Source: Octopus vulgaris | Lineage: Eukaryota | Length of the DNA stretch: 64,000 bases | Assembly (NCBI GenBank): GCA_951406725.2 | Contig: OX597821.1 | Location: 28,768,001 to 28,832,000 of the forward strand | Direction of reading: 5' to 3' | In this document: piece after piece, positions 39,004-51,713 of the stretch | Position numbering within the stretch: position 1 is the stretch's first letter | Layout of the letters: each line of letters begins with the position of its first letter | Program-made: the position numbers and the translations under genes | Notes under the pieces: generated by a model | What the model was told of the DNA's origin: nothing | The model's database searches: none | What the model saw: only the letters and a program-made list of their open reading frames with translations

Positions 39004-39429
39004 AACAATAATAACAATAATAGTTAAATAAATACATATTTTAATAAGTAATCAAATATAATTAAACACTATTTCTCAAAGAAATAAAAACATGATTTCT
39101 CTCATAGAAGAAACTCCATTATCTAAATTTAAAGCTTAAAAAGTAGGACCAGGTGTCTATAATACATTTATCATGTTAAAAACCTAAGGTAAAAAGATAG
39201 TGTAAATAGACAGAAATATGTATTTTATCTGTGAAGATATATTTTAGCTTTGAGAATAATTTTAATAAACTATAATATATCTTTACTGGAAAAATATAAG
39301 ATTCCAATTAAATTAAAATAAAAATAAATAAAAAATAAATAGCTCTTGACAGGATTTTTACTGCAATGACCATTGGAGTGATGTCACGTTTATTCCTATA
39401 TTAACTTATATTCCCTAGATTTTAATGCT

Positions 39430-39978
39430 TTATTTTTGCTGAGGCCTCCTCAACCCAAAAAGGGAAAAATGCGGGCAACAATAGTAGGACCCTAAGGCTT
39501 CGGAAGTTGGGTGAGAGACTCCGGACAAAGCGGAAGATCTCCACTCTCCCGAAGTCAGGAAGAAAAGAAAAAAAACAAAGAAGAAGAACGGGTTATCGCA
39601 AGGAGGAGATGATGTGCCGTCTGCATGTCCCGACGTTGTGCCACCCACGGTTGAAGAAACGACCCCAACCTTAAAGATGATGAATTAATCATCTTTTTCT
39701 ACAAAGGCGGGGAGGTGGAAAAAATAGTAGAAGAATATAACGAGACAGTAGATATGCCCTTTACACAGGATCCCGAATGGCTTCCGCAGATAGCTGTGGA
39801 GGTCATAAGGTTTCCCTTGTGGGAAAGGTTTAAAGGATTTGGTGAGGAGTGTCGCATATGGACGGGTGGCACTTACACGACTTACATGTCCTACATGAGT
39901 GAGGCATGGGAAATGGCGGGATACAGGAACTCAAGCGGCATTGAAGTTAATGATGAATATATCGATGGATATATCTAA
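39430..39978 (+). other. Unidentified coding-like remnant (frameshifted), probably retroelement-derived
   Basis: GC-richer island encoding ...KKRKKTKKKNGLSQGGDDVPSACPDVVPPTVEE.../ELIIFFYKGGEVEKIVEEYNETVDMPFTQDPEWLPQIAVEVIRFPLWERFKGFGEECRIWTGG...DGYI*. An AATAAA lies at about 40301. Confidence 0.35.
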
Positions 39979-40304
39979 GTGTAGGAGGTGAAAGACCCTC
40001 GTTATAGGATTTGAAACCTCATCTTATTGTATTAATTGTAGTGGTTTATAACCTTCGTTGTGTGTTTTAAAAAAAACAACATGTTAAGTAAGAGGTTTTC
40101 GTGCCAACTTCTTGTAAGAGATTTGAAGCCTCATATTGATTTATAAAGAAAGGAAAATATGTTTTCGAGAAAAATCTAAACGGCGGGTGTTGGGTTTCGT
40201 CTCTCATTTATTCATTTTATTTCATTTTCATTCGTTAATGTGTATGTCCAGCCTGCAAAGCTACACAATCTTTGTTCTGTCTATATGACAAATTTTATGA
40301 AATA

Positions 40305-40738
40305 AAGTAGCTTGCTTACGAAACACATGGTTCCGTGTCCAGTCCCACTGCGTGGCACCTTGGGCAAGTATCTTCTACTATAGCCTCGGGCCGACCAAAA
40401 CCTTGTGAGTGGATTTGGTAGACGGAAACCGAAATAAGGCCGTCGTATGCATGTATAATTATATATATATGTGTGTGTGTGTATGTGTGTGTGTATATGC
40501 GTGTGTGTGCGCGCGTGCGTGTGTGTGTTTGTGTGTCTGTGTTTGTCCCTCCAACATCGCTTGGCAACCGATGCTGGTGTGTTTATATGCCCGTAACTTA
40601 GCAGTTCAGCAAAGGGGGCCGATAGAATAGATACTAGGCTTACAAAGAATAAGTCCTGGGGTCGATTTGCTCGACTAAAGGCGGTGCTTCAGCATGGCCA
40701 CCGTCAAATGACTGAAACAAGTAAAAGAGTAAAACAGT
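40305..40738 (+). mobile_element. SINE family A lacking its first 20 or so bases
   Basis: Begins aagtagcttgcttac, has internal (TG)n and a GTAAAAGAGTAAAA tail. Confidence 0.92.
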
Positions 40739-41047
40739 ATATAACTATGTGCACGTGCGTCTGTGCATGTGATTGTGTGTGTGCGCGTAATTGTTCCTGT
40801 GTACATGCGTGTATGTATATACGTGAAGACGTGGCTTGTTAGGTTAAGATATCAAATCTGGACGGACGGTTTTGATGCCACATTATTGAAGTAGTCAGCA
40901 TGCTTATAAGATTTACAAATGGCACACATTTCGATTCTTGTTAGAGATATCAATTCTTTCATTTATCTTCATATATATGTATATATGTATGTATATATAT
41001 TTGTATATATATATATATATATGTGTGTGTGTCTATGTATGTATGTT

Positions 41048-41081
<34 letters not shown>

Positions 41082-41297
41082 AATTTAATCCAAACATGAA
41101 AACGCAAGGAGAAAACACAGCGCGAGGACGTAGAACAAGTATAGTATTATTGGACGCTCAGGAAAGAAAAGAAAGAAGGAAGATTTAACGGAGCTCTTCG
41201 TCAGAAACATAGGAAAAGGAAAGATCCAAGGAAGGGAAGACGAACGAAAAAAAATCGCCAACGGTACACACGGTATCACATTTTGAATATATATATA

Positions 41298-41354
<57 letters not shown>

Positions 41355-41397
41355 GTCCATCTTCCTTACCTTGGGTCTCTCCTTTTCCTATGTTTCT
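41082..41397. repeat. PLE terminal-repeat-like element with a partial inverted copy around (TA)n
   Basis: 41202-41248 (cagaaacataggaaaaggaaagatccaagg...) mirrors 41352-41398. A CTGACGA hammerhead half-core lies on the minus strand at about 41198-41204. Confidence 0.55.
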
Positions 41398-41621
41398 GGC
41401 GGCGAGCTGGCAGAAACGTTAGCACGCCGGGCGAAATGCGTAGCCGTATTTCGTCTGCCGTTACGTTCTCAGTTCAAATTCCGCCGAGGTCGACTTTGCC
41501 TTTCATCCTTTCTGGGTCGATAAATTAAGTACCAGTTTCGCACTGGGTTCGATGTAATCGACTTAATCCCTTTGATTGTCCTTGTTTGCCCCCTCTATGT
41601 TAGGCCCCTTCTGGGTAATAA
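41398..41621 (+). mobile_element. SINE family C
   Basis: Full GGCGGCGAGCTGGCAGAAACG head and body. Confidence 0.92.
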
Positions 41622-41848
41622 TATATATATATATATATATACAGTGCCACGATCATTTTCTAATTAAACCATTAAAAAATTTTTGAAACCTTTCACACAT
41701 GGTTTGTTTTGTCTATCGACATCCACACCACTGGACAAAATAGATGTTCTTATTTGACCACACAAAATGCAGGCGTAGCTTTTGGGTCGAGTCGCAATTT
41801 TGATGTCTGCCATGGGTACCATTTACCCTAGTTACGCATTTGTATATT

Positions 41849-41930
<82 letters not shown>

Positions 41931-42353
41931 CAGAGAGACAGACGGGTTTGCAAATAAGTATGCATGCTTATGTATTGTGACCTGCAAACTGTCCATGCTT
42001 AAAATTTGTCGGACCTCATGACTAAGCTTAAAATAGCTTAGGAAAAGTTTTTTAGGAACAAAAAAAGTAAAATATATCATATCACCAGAATAAATTATTC
42101 TCATTGTAAAAGAATAGTAATGAACAATTGAAAGGAAACTCATAAAATAATCTTACAGAAATATTCCACAGAAGAGCATCACGGAAGCATTCACAAAAGA
42201 ATCTTGCGTAGTTCTAACAACAGCATACACACAAATACATAATGCATGCTTACATACATAAATGCATGTGTGTGTGTACTTGTATGCATATATATATTTA
42301 TATATGTGTAAGCATATGTATGTATATATACATGCATATATTTTTCGTTTTTG

Positions 42354-42425
<72 letters not shown>

Positions 42426-43162
42426 CTATGTATGTATATGAATGACACAGGGCGCGTGTATGTGTGTCAGAAAAATATTTTGTAAAAGAAAGCCGCAGAA
42501 GAAGCTTACGCGAAACATTTTGTATAAACTCTTAGAAAAATCTTCCAACACTAGAAAATTCTCTGAAGAAAGGGGAAAAAACAAAATTTCAAGAAAGAAA
42601 TCTCAAAGAAAAGCATCAGTGAACATTCTCTTAGAAAGATATCAAAGAAAAATGACTTGGAAAGATTTCGTCAAAAACTATGAAGAAGTTCAAAGGAAGC
42701 AAATTACAAGGAATATTTCATAAACTAAAACGTAGAGCGTCAGAAAAAGTATGATGAGAATACGTCAAAAATAATATTAAAAAAATATCAAGTTATCAGC
42801 CACGAAAACGAATCTTCATCAAGTTTTTACTCTTATTTACGAACAGACAGGATTTTGCCGAGAGGCATGTACTTTCAGTACTAATTGATGTCGCTATCTT
42901 GAAGAAGAATAACAAGCAACGTTTAGCGTTTCTTTTGCCTTCTAACACGCCGTGTAGTCAGAGAGTTTACGCCATTCATCTGATATAAAATGATGCGTTT
43001 AAAGTATTCATACATATTTGTGAAGCAGTGTTAGATTTGCTTATGTGGAAATCTAGGTGGGAATGATTTGCCACTAATTTACAAAATAATTCTGAAGATT
43101 ATGTGTATACACATCCCTAACAGAGAAACTGTTTTCTTTAGATGGAGTAGAGACATAAAAAT

Positions 43163-43716
43163 GGCGGCGAGCTGGCAGAATCGTTAGCACGCCGGGCGAA
43201 ATGTTTAGCAGTATTTAGTCGTTACGTTCTGAGTTCAATTTCTGCCTTACGGGGTCGATTAAATAAGTACCAGTTACGAACTGTCGTCGATATAATCGAC
43301 TTAATCCGGTTGTCTGTACTTGTTTGTCCCCTCTCTGTGTAGCCCCTCGTAGGCAGTAAAGAAATAGGTATTTCATCTGCCGCTACGTTCTGAGTTCAAA
43401 TTCCGCCGAGGTCGACTTTGCCTTTCATCCTTTCGGGGTCGATTAAATAAGTACCAGTTACGCACTGGGGTCGATATAATCGACTTAATCCGTTTGTCTG
43501 TCCTTGTTTATCCTCTCTGTGTTTAGCCCCTTGTGGGTAGTAAAGAAATAGGTATTTCGTCTGTTTTTACGTTCTAAGTACAAATTTCGCCAAAGTCGAC
43601 TTTGTCTTTCATACTTTGGGGGTCGATAAATTAAGTACCAGTTTCGTACTGTGGTTTATCTAATCGACTGTCCCCCTTCCCCAAATATTTCGGTCCTTGT
43701 GACTAGAATAGAAAAG
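43163..43716 (+). mobile_element. SINE family C tandem trimer (one head, three bodies)
   Basis: The body restarts at GGTATTTC(A/G)TCTG at about 43367 and 43551. The last unit carries tail type 2. Confidence 0.88.
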
Positions 43717-44100
43717 GCTTAAGGACATGAAACATTCAAATGGGTCTTATTTTTCGCTAGGTAAAACGAAAAATTTAATGTTTGACTAGGAAAACTTTGG
43801 TGCAAGTCACAGTTCAATACAATCTTTTGACTCTCAGAATCTATGTATACTTTTGTGAGATGATTCAAATATATGAAACGAAATTTATATGTAAATGTGT
43901 GAGTATGTGTGTGTCCGTGCGTGTACGTGCGTGTGTGTTTGATTTACTCCGGCTCGCACACATTTACGCACTCAAACTCACGTGTGTAGATATATATATG
44001 TACACTAAATCATATCGAAGGGAAATGGAAATTGATTAAAATTTTTATTTCTAGTCGCCTAACATGTAAATATTTAGTCCAAAGACAATGTTTTAGTCAG

Positions 44101-44524
44101 AAAATACAGTGTACATTTAAACACGAGGGATCTACTCGTGGGATTCAACACGCTAGAAAGAACAGCTAGGTTCTATAACCACAAAATTGGGGATAAAATT
44201 CGACAGGAACGCAATGAAGAAATAAAAGCATTTTACCATCTAGTATCCTGGACCAATTGGTTTCTGATTTTAGTTTAGCAAGTAAATAACATTTACAGGC
44301 TAGGTGAGGACGATTTCACCTACCCTTTAAATGTTATTTACTTGCTAAACTAAAATCAGAAACCAATTGGTCCAGGATACTAGATGGTAAAATGCTTTTA
44401 TTTCTTCATTGCGTTCCTGTCGAATTTTATCCCCAATTTTGTGGTTATAGAACCTAGCTGTGCTTACTAGCGTATTGAATCCCACGAGTGGATTCCTCAT
44501 GTGTTTAAATGTACACTGTATTTT
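44101..44524. repeat. 424-bp palindrome (arms of about 207 bp, 8-nt loop)
   Basis: 44163-44295 is the exact reverse complement of 44328-44460. The centre reads TAGGTGA-ggacgatt-TCACCTA. Confidence 0.95.
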
Positions 44525-44923
44525 ATGTATAATCAAATATTAATTATAATAAAAAGGTAAAATCAATAATAATTTTACCAGGTGGTCAGTGCGGAAATAA
44601 ATGCCTCATAGGTAGATTTTGTAAAATATTTTATAATTATATACATAATTATGTCAATGGATCGCATTGCAAAAATTAGACGCTAAATCCCTTATTATTC
44701 TCGGAGATTTTAAGGGGCTTTAAAATTTTTATAGGGGCTTCAGCGTCTATTTCTTGCAGTGAGTAGTGAGGCGTAAATTATGTATATAATTATAAAATAT
44801 TTCATATATTTATACACACATACAGACACAATATATACGCATGTGCATATCCCAAAATGTCTCTTTCACTCTTCTCTCTCACTATATGTATATATATATA
44901 CCTATGTGGGTGCGTGCGCTTGT

Positions 44924-45517
44924 CTTTTATTCTTTTATTCTTCTATTTGTTTCAGTCATTTGACTGGTGCCATCGACCAAATCGGTGGAGGCGCAATGGC
45001 CCAGTGGTTAGGGCAGCGGACTCGCGGTCGGAGGATCGCGGTTTTGATTCCCAGACCGGGCATTGTGAGTGTTTATTGGGCGAAAACACCTGAAGCTCCA
45101 CGAGGCTCCGGCAGGGGGTGGTGGTGAACCCTGCTGTACTCTTTCACCACAACTTTCTCTCGCTCTTTCTTCCTGTTTCTCTTGTACCTGTATTTCAAAG
45201 GGCCAGCCTTGTCACATTCTGTGTGTCACGCTGAATCTTCCTGAGAACTACGTTAAGGGTACACGTGTCTGTGGAGTGCTCAGCCACTTACACGTTAATT
45301 TCACGAGCAGGCTGTTCCGTTGATCGTATCAGCTGGGACCATCATCGTCGCAACCGACGGAGTGCTCCTATCTATATATATCGACCAAATCGACCCTAGG
45401 ACTTTGTAAGCCTTCTACTTATTCCGTGGGTCTCTAAACACACCAACATCGGTTGTCAAGCGATGGTGGGTGACATACACAGACAGACAAACATACACAC
45501 GCGCATACATGTATACA

Positions 45518-45570
<53 letters not shown>

Positions 45571-45635
45571 CTGACGGGCTTCTTTCAGTTTCCGTGGTTG
45601 GTAAGCAAGCTACTTACCACACAACCACTCCTGCA

Positions 45636-45637
<2 letters not shown>
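44924..45637 (-). mobile_element. SINE family A (internally deleted), split by a family B insertion
   Basis: Tail at 44924-44971, remainder at 45393-45637. Confidence 0.85.
44985..45379 (+). mobile_element. SINE family B, 13-bp TSD
   Basis: TSD ATCGACCAAATCG at 44972-44984 and 45380-45392. Confidence 0.94.
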
Positions 45638-45694
<57 letters not shown>

Positions 45695-45788
45695 ACATAA
45701 ATATATATATACATATACATACATATATGTATTATATACGTATTATGTTATATATAAGTACATATTATATATATCATATATATATATG

Positions 45789-45821
<33 letters not shown>

Positions 45822-47936
45822 GCTTACGCATGTATGCATATATACCTATGTACATATATATATGCACATATATATATATATAGCTATATCTATACACTCA
45901 CATACGCATGTTTAGATAAATAGATAGATGCAGAGAGAGGGAGAGAGAGTGTGTGATTGAGAGAGAGAAAGAGATATGGATAGATATAATGAATGGTTTA
46001 GCATACCAATAAATTTTTAAAATTAACGCATAATTTTATTGCAAAATCCCGAGAAAAGGAATATAAAACATACATATATAAATAACAGCGCTTAAATATT
46101 TAAACTGATAATCCATGTGTTTGAACTCTCATTTCATTATCAAGATATGATATAATTATATAATAAAAATTATACATAAAATAATATATAAACGCTAAGG
46201 ATTTTAATCATTAGACGTGAAAGAAAATTCTAAAACACTGTACGCTCATATTGTATTTTATTTTCATCCGATTGGCTGGAAATGATTAAGCATCAAAAGT
46301 CTCTAAATCACATTGTAGTTTGTTTTTTTTTTGTTCTATTTTATTCCTTTTTCTTTTTTTTTTTTTTGTATTGGGAACTGAAAAACATGTTCTTGATTTA
46401 ATAACAAGCCACATTTTCTAATTAATATTCAATTTCAGCTGTGATGTTTCTTCAACAAATGCTGTTGTGTGTGAATTCAAATTTTGAACTTCATAATACG
46501 GAGGATTTAAATAATTTAACTTTTTCTCCGATAATGAAGGCATGCCATTACATATATTTATAATGCTTTATTTTTGTTTTGATTGTTTTATTTTGACTAA
46601 GTAAAGAGGATTTGGTATTTAAAAATACAAATAAATTAAAACGTTTACTGTAATGTTCCTCCATTTTCCAAGGTCATGAACTACAAAAAAATGTTTTTTG
46701 TTCAGTATTTGAAACAGCGATACTGTCTTGGTTTTTCGGAAGTTCAAATCTCCAACGAAGCTACTCTCCACTGTCTCCCGACTGGCTAGAAGTATCAGTT
46801 AGTTCTCCACCATTTCAAACTCCATCGACCCTTTTGCATTTAGACCAGCAATATCCAGCTCAAATATTCTCTCTATTTTTTTCTCCAAAACAGCCAGATC
46901 CAACATCTCACACTTATCCTACAATCTCTTTCTAAAAAGAATCACATAATCGACATCTTGAAGCTATGAAATAATGTAGGATTAATTTTTAAAACATTGA
47001 CTACTTACGCAATTAGATTTGACTGGATAAAACTGAAAATGAAAGAGTTAAGCAATGAGGATATATTGGGTTAAAATAATCCTAAATTATTTTCGCATCG
47101 ATGAGATCGTCTTGGTTAAAATACATTTAGCCATTGTTTCGCTCGACCAGTAATAATCTAGAGCTAAACAACTAGGGAACTTCAAATCTCCTTATTTCTC
47201 TTTCCATCTCTCACTCTCTCTCTCCCACTCTGCATCTCTCTTTCCCTCTTTCCCTCTCTGTACGCCATTAGATTCTACTCAATGTAAAGCGGCCAATATG
47301 CTTGTAGTTTTGATTCGCTCCACATTGAATGTACGTTTTCATTAGCCCCACAATATAACATCGATACATATCTTATCGATCTATAAGTAAAATAAAATAG
47401 TGAATCAATTCTCGGATGGCTTGAAATAAATCAAAACAACACAAAGAAACAAAGTGGTGCAGTATAAAGCCTCTTCGACAATGTTCTGGCGTTTCTGTTA
47501 TCACTAATGGTATTAGTATCTCAGGGAGTCATGACAGCTCGCATCAGGAGCTAATTTGAAACATTTCTATCACCAATCAATGCTTTTATTTATGTTTTTT
47601 TCTTCTTTTCACACACTAATAATGTATCAGTATCACTTATACCACAGACGATTCGTAACCAATTCTCTCGCCCGACAAATTTGCGCCAACATGACAGAAA
47701 CATCCACAATTTTATGGAAAACATTAATGGCGCCCTGTGAGATCTATCCATGCTCTGTTGGAATATGTTACTTTATGCCTTTTTATTTTTTTTTATTTTA
47801 CTGTTCTCTTTTTCTCTGTTACTTTGTTGTTTCACAGTGACTGGCATCTTACAAATAAAATGAGAATCGACAAAAATATTGCTATTATTTATTTATCTAT
47901 TTACCTATTTATTTATTTATTTATTTATGTATTTAT

Positions 47937-47974
<38 letters not shown>

Positions 47975-49189
47975 GCAAAATCAATTTTTTATGTCTGTTG
48001 AAGAAACAATACCCTAACGAATCGGTCATCTCCAACTTTCTCTTGCAATATATATTTAATCTCAGTTCAATATATTGAATTTGTCTGGTCTGGCAAATGG
48101 ATTTACGTTCACTACATTACAGTGAATTGGCCTTTCAGATGTATTAGAAGCATTTACAATGCAGCAATAGTCATTCAGTAGTTTTTGTACGTGAGGATCT
48201 GTATGATGTTTCCAAAATTCTCCATATGAACAAATAGATTTGACGTATATATATCGATGTATGTGTATATATGACAACATTTATATTTGAAAAGAATTAC
48301 TTGCTACTTTCTAAATTCCATCAAGACTTGTCAGTTAGTTTTAGCTTTTTATGGTTTTTTGTTTTTCTTTCTTTCAATAAAAATTGTCTTCTGTAGCAAA
48401 CAAAACATCTAAATCAGTATGTGTGTGTGTGTGTGTGTCCATGTGTCCGTGTGTGTCCGTGTGTGACCGTGTGTGTGTGTGAATGTATCTGTCTGTGCGT
48501 GTGTGTTTGTATGTGTGTGTGTGAGTGTGTATGTGTGCGTGCGTGCGTGTAATCTAGCAAAATATGCACATGAGAAAATAATCAGCTTTCTGGGAGTAGG
48601 TGGTAATATTTCTGAATATATAACATTGAAACAGTGTATGAAAAAATGTCAGTGAATGAGAGAAAAACAGAGAAAGAATGTTTCTTCTAGATAGAAAGAT
48701 ATATATGGTGACATCATTTGATTACATTAACTACGGAAAGGGATTGAGAGACAGCCGGCCTGGGGCTTGCCAAATTTCTGTGTTTTCGGACGTCTGTATT
48801 GCCGGCTCCTGTTTCATGTCACACGAATAACTGGATTATTATTTTGAAGATCATACATCATATTAAGCACTGAAAATCTGAATGACAATCATGGGTGGGG
48901 GCCCCTCTTGGAGGATCTTCTCGTCCTCTTGTCTTTTTAATGTTTGTTGACCGGCAGTTCCAAACAACTGGCTATCTTTTTATAGTTTTCTTTTAATACT
49001 CAATGCCACTCAAGAGGAGAGAATTGTGTTGCTGAGAGCGAAGGGGATTACTCAGCATTGAGATCAATTTCAGGTGGGATGCCTTTTAGGATCGACAACA
49101 AGATGGCGGCGGCGGCGGTGGTGGTGGCGGTGGTGGTGGCGGTGGTGGTGGTGGTGGTGGTGATGGTGGTGGTGACGACGATGATGATT

Positions 49190-51126
49190 GCTTTCAGAAA
49201 GCATTTACAAGGATCTTGACAACCAGAAGTTGCAGGAGAAGGCTAGTGGAACGCATGATCTATCATATAAGGACAAATTAGTTCTAAATGAAGTAAACGC
49301 TAGAAAGAATTCTTTTTAAGTAGCATAGATAGATTATAGAAAAGCCTATGATATGATCCCATACTCATGGATAAGTGAATGTTTGAGTATATTCAGTATA
49401 GCAGACAACATAAGAGAATTAATTACTTTAGCATGAAGAAATGGAAAGTGGATCTATAATCAAGTGACACATTGTTATGGAAAGTTAATATCAAAAGAAG
49501 AACTTTCCAGTGGGACTCATTGTCCCCTTTAATATTTGTTTTATGTTTGATTCCCTTCAGTTTAGTATTAAGGAAGACAAAGAAATAGTAATGGGAAAAT
49601 TAATCATTTGCTCTAAATGGAACGCCTGAAACATTTTAATAAGAATGAAAAAGAGGTAGCTTCTTTAATACAGACTGTAAGACTCTTCAGCAAAGATATA
49701 GGCATGGAATTTGGCATAGATAAGTGTGAAATATTAGTCATGAGAAAGGGACAGGTAGTCAACACCGACGAGAAGGCCAGGAATTAAAATCATTGCAAGG
49801 AGGAGAGAGTTATAAGTATCTAGGAGTGTTAGAATCTGACAAAGTACTATCCACAGAGATGAAAACAAAAATTGAGAAAGCGTACATCAGAATGGGGAGG
49901 ACACTACTGAAATCAGAGCAAAATGATCCTAATCAAGTGAAGGTGGTAAATACTTGGGCAGTACTACTACTTAGATACTCAGCAGCTTTTGTAGATTGGA
50001 CAAAAACGGAATTAGCAAAGCTAGACAGATCAACTAGGAAGGAATTCAATATGAATTGAAGATTCCAACCAAGAGCAGGAGTAGCAAGATTATACCTACC
50101 TATAGGAAGGAAGGTGGAATACTGCGTGGAGATAGCTAGAGTAGATATAGACTCCTATGTAGGTAATAGTAAAGACAGTTCGTTAAAAGCTGCTAGAGTC
50201 ACCACATGACATAGGGAAAACAAAACATCAAACGAACTTAAAAAGCAGAAAAATGAACAGAAATGATCTGACTCTCAGGAGAAGACGTTTTATAGTAGAT
50301 TCCCAAAGATAGTTTCAGCAAATAACAGTAGTGAGACGTGGCTGTGGCTGTGGCTACAGAAGTGGAAGTTGAAGAGACAGAGAGTTTGTTTGTAGCAGCA
50401 CAAGATTAAGCATTAAGGACTAATTGGATAAAAGCCAGAATAGACAAAAACCAAGTAGATTCCCAATGTAGATTATGTAAATCAAAAGAGGAAATCGTTA
50501 CCCATAGAGGAAGAGAATGTAGCATGCTGGCACAGAAAGGATACAAGAAAAAACATGACAATATAGGGAGAGTCTTGTGGAAAGCTAAAATTTGAACATA
50601 CTTATAAAGAGTATGAACATGAACCTAGTAAAGTACTAGAAAGTAAGAAGTACAAGATGCTGTGGGACTTTAACATTCAGACTGACAGAGTAATAGAAGC
50701 TAGAAGGCTTGATTTGGTACTAGTAGATAAAGAGATTAGAAAGTGGCAGATAATTGACTTTACAGTCCCAAATGATGAAAGTATTAATTATGAGAAGTAT
50801 AGAAGAAATAGCTAAATATCAGGACCTAGATATTGAATTACTGAGACTATGGAAACTGCGGGTAAAATGTATCTTAGCAGTTATACCTTTAACTACTTGG
50901 AACTACCTCTAAAGATCTGAACAGATGGATAGGGCAAATAGGGATAAAACACAGTTTAGTACAGCTGCAGTAAACAATGTTATTAGGGACAGCTAGTATA
51001 CTTAGGAGGGTCCTTGACATCTAACGTTACTTGCTGTAACCCTATAGGTAGGTTCTTGGCATCTAAGGCAACTTGTTATAGTTCGATGTTAATATCTTTT
51101 TCAACAGTCTAACCTGTTGAGTGTAT

Positions 51127-51127
<1 letters not shown>
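49190..51127 (+). mobile_element. R4/Dong-clade non-LTR retrotransposon, 5'-truncated and decayed (RT, CCHC, restriction-like endonuclease)
   Basis: IDYRKAYDMIPYSWI; FQWDSLSPLIFVLCLIP; YKYLGVLESD; CRLCKSKEEIVTH; HDNIGR; LWDFNIQTDRVIEARRLDLVLVDK...IIDFTVP; KYQDL; ILRRVLDI*. Followed by (TAA)n. Confidence 0.9.
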
Positions 51128-51181
<54 letters not shown>

Positions 51182-51196
51182 TTGATGATAATAATG

Positions 51197-51250
<54 letters not shown>

Positions 51251-51261
51251 TAATAATAATA
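51128..51261. repeat. (TAA)n array (R4/Dong tail or target)
   Basis: Direct reading. Confidence 0.95.
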
Positions 51262-51398
51262 ACAAGAATTCTTCGCAGGGTTCTTGAAGCCTGACCAGTA
51301 AACAAGCGTCACCTTAGTCTGCTGTCTGTGTACAGTTGACACTTTCCATCATACGCAGCAAAATAAACTGTGAGTTTTCATATAATAATAACAATAAT
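51262..51398 (+). mobile_element. Second R4/Dong-like extreme 3' end within the TAA array
   Basis: RILRRVLEA* parallels ILRRVLDI* of the upstream element, followed by a short UTR and TAATAATA. Confidence 0.65.
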
Positions 51399-51579
51399 AC
51401 TCCAACCTAGCTACGCCAAAGAAAATAAGTTGAACATTTTTCTCCCTCTATTCTATTTTTTTTATCTTCAAATATTCCTACCTAGCTACTGTAATGAAAA
51501 GACAGCTTTACCATGAGGCCGATGCGCCCAACCCCACTACTTCTTCCCGGTATCCAAACTGGGAGCGAGGCAATTATTC

Positions 51580-51635
<56 letters not shown>

Positions 51636-51636
51636 T

Positions 51637-51672
<36 letters not shown>

Positions 51673-51713
51673 TCTCGCTCTCTCTCTCTCTGCCTTTTTT
51701 CTCTCCCCTTTTT

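Noticed and set aside
43163-43716. CRISPR-like repeat array
   Set aside because: The units are roughly 190-bp SINE bodies without unique spacers, the context is eukaryotic, and there are no cas genes.
46827-47050. Possible TTAA-flanked piggyBac-type MITE
   Set aside because: The TIRs are too degenerate (cccttttgcattt / aaatgaaagagttaa) and the left TTAA is missing.
49098-49112. YY1-like motif CAAGATGGCGGC as a promoter element
   Set aside because: It sits at the edge of a GGC/GGT triplet repeat, with no CpG island or other promoter evidence.
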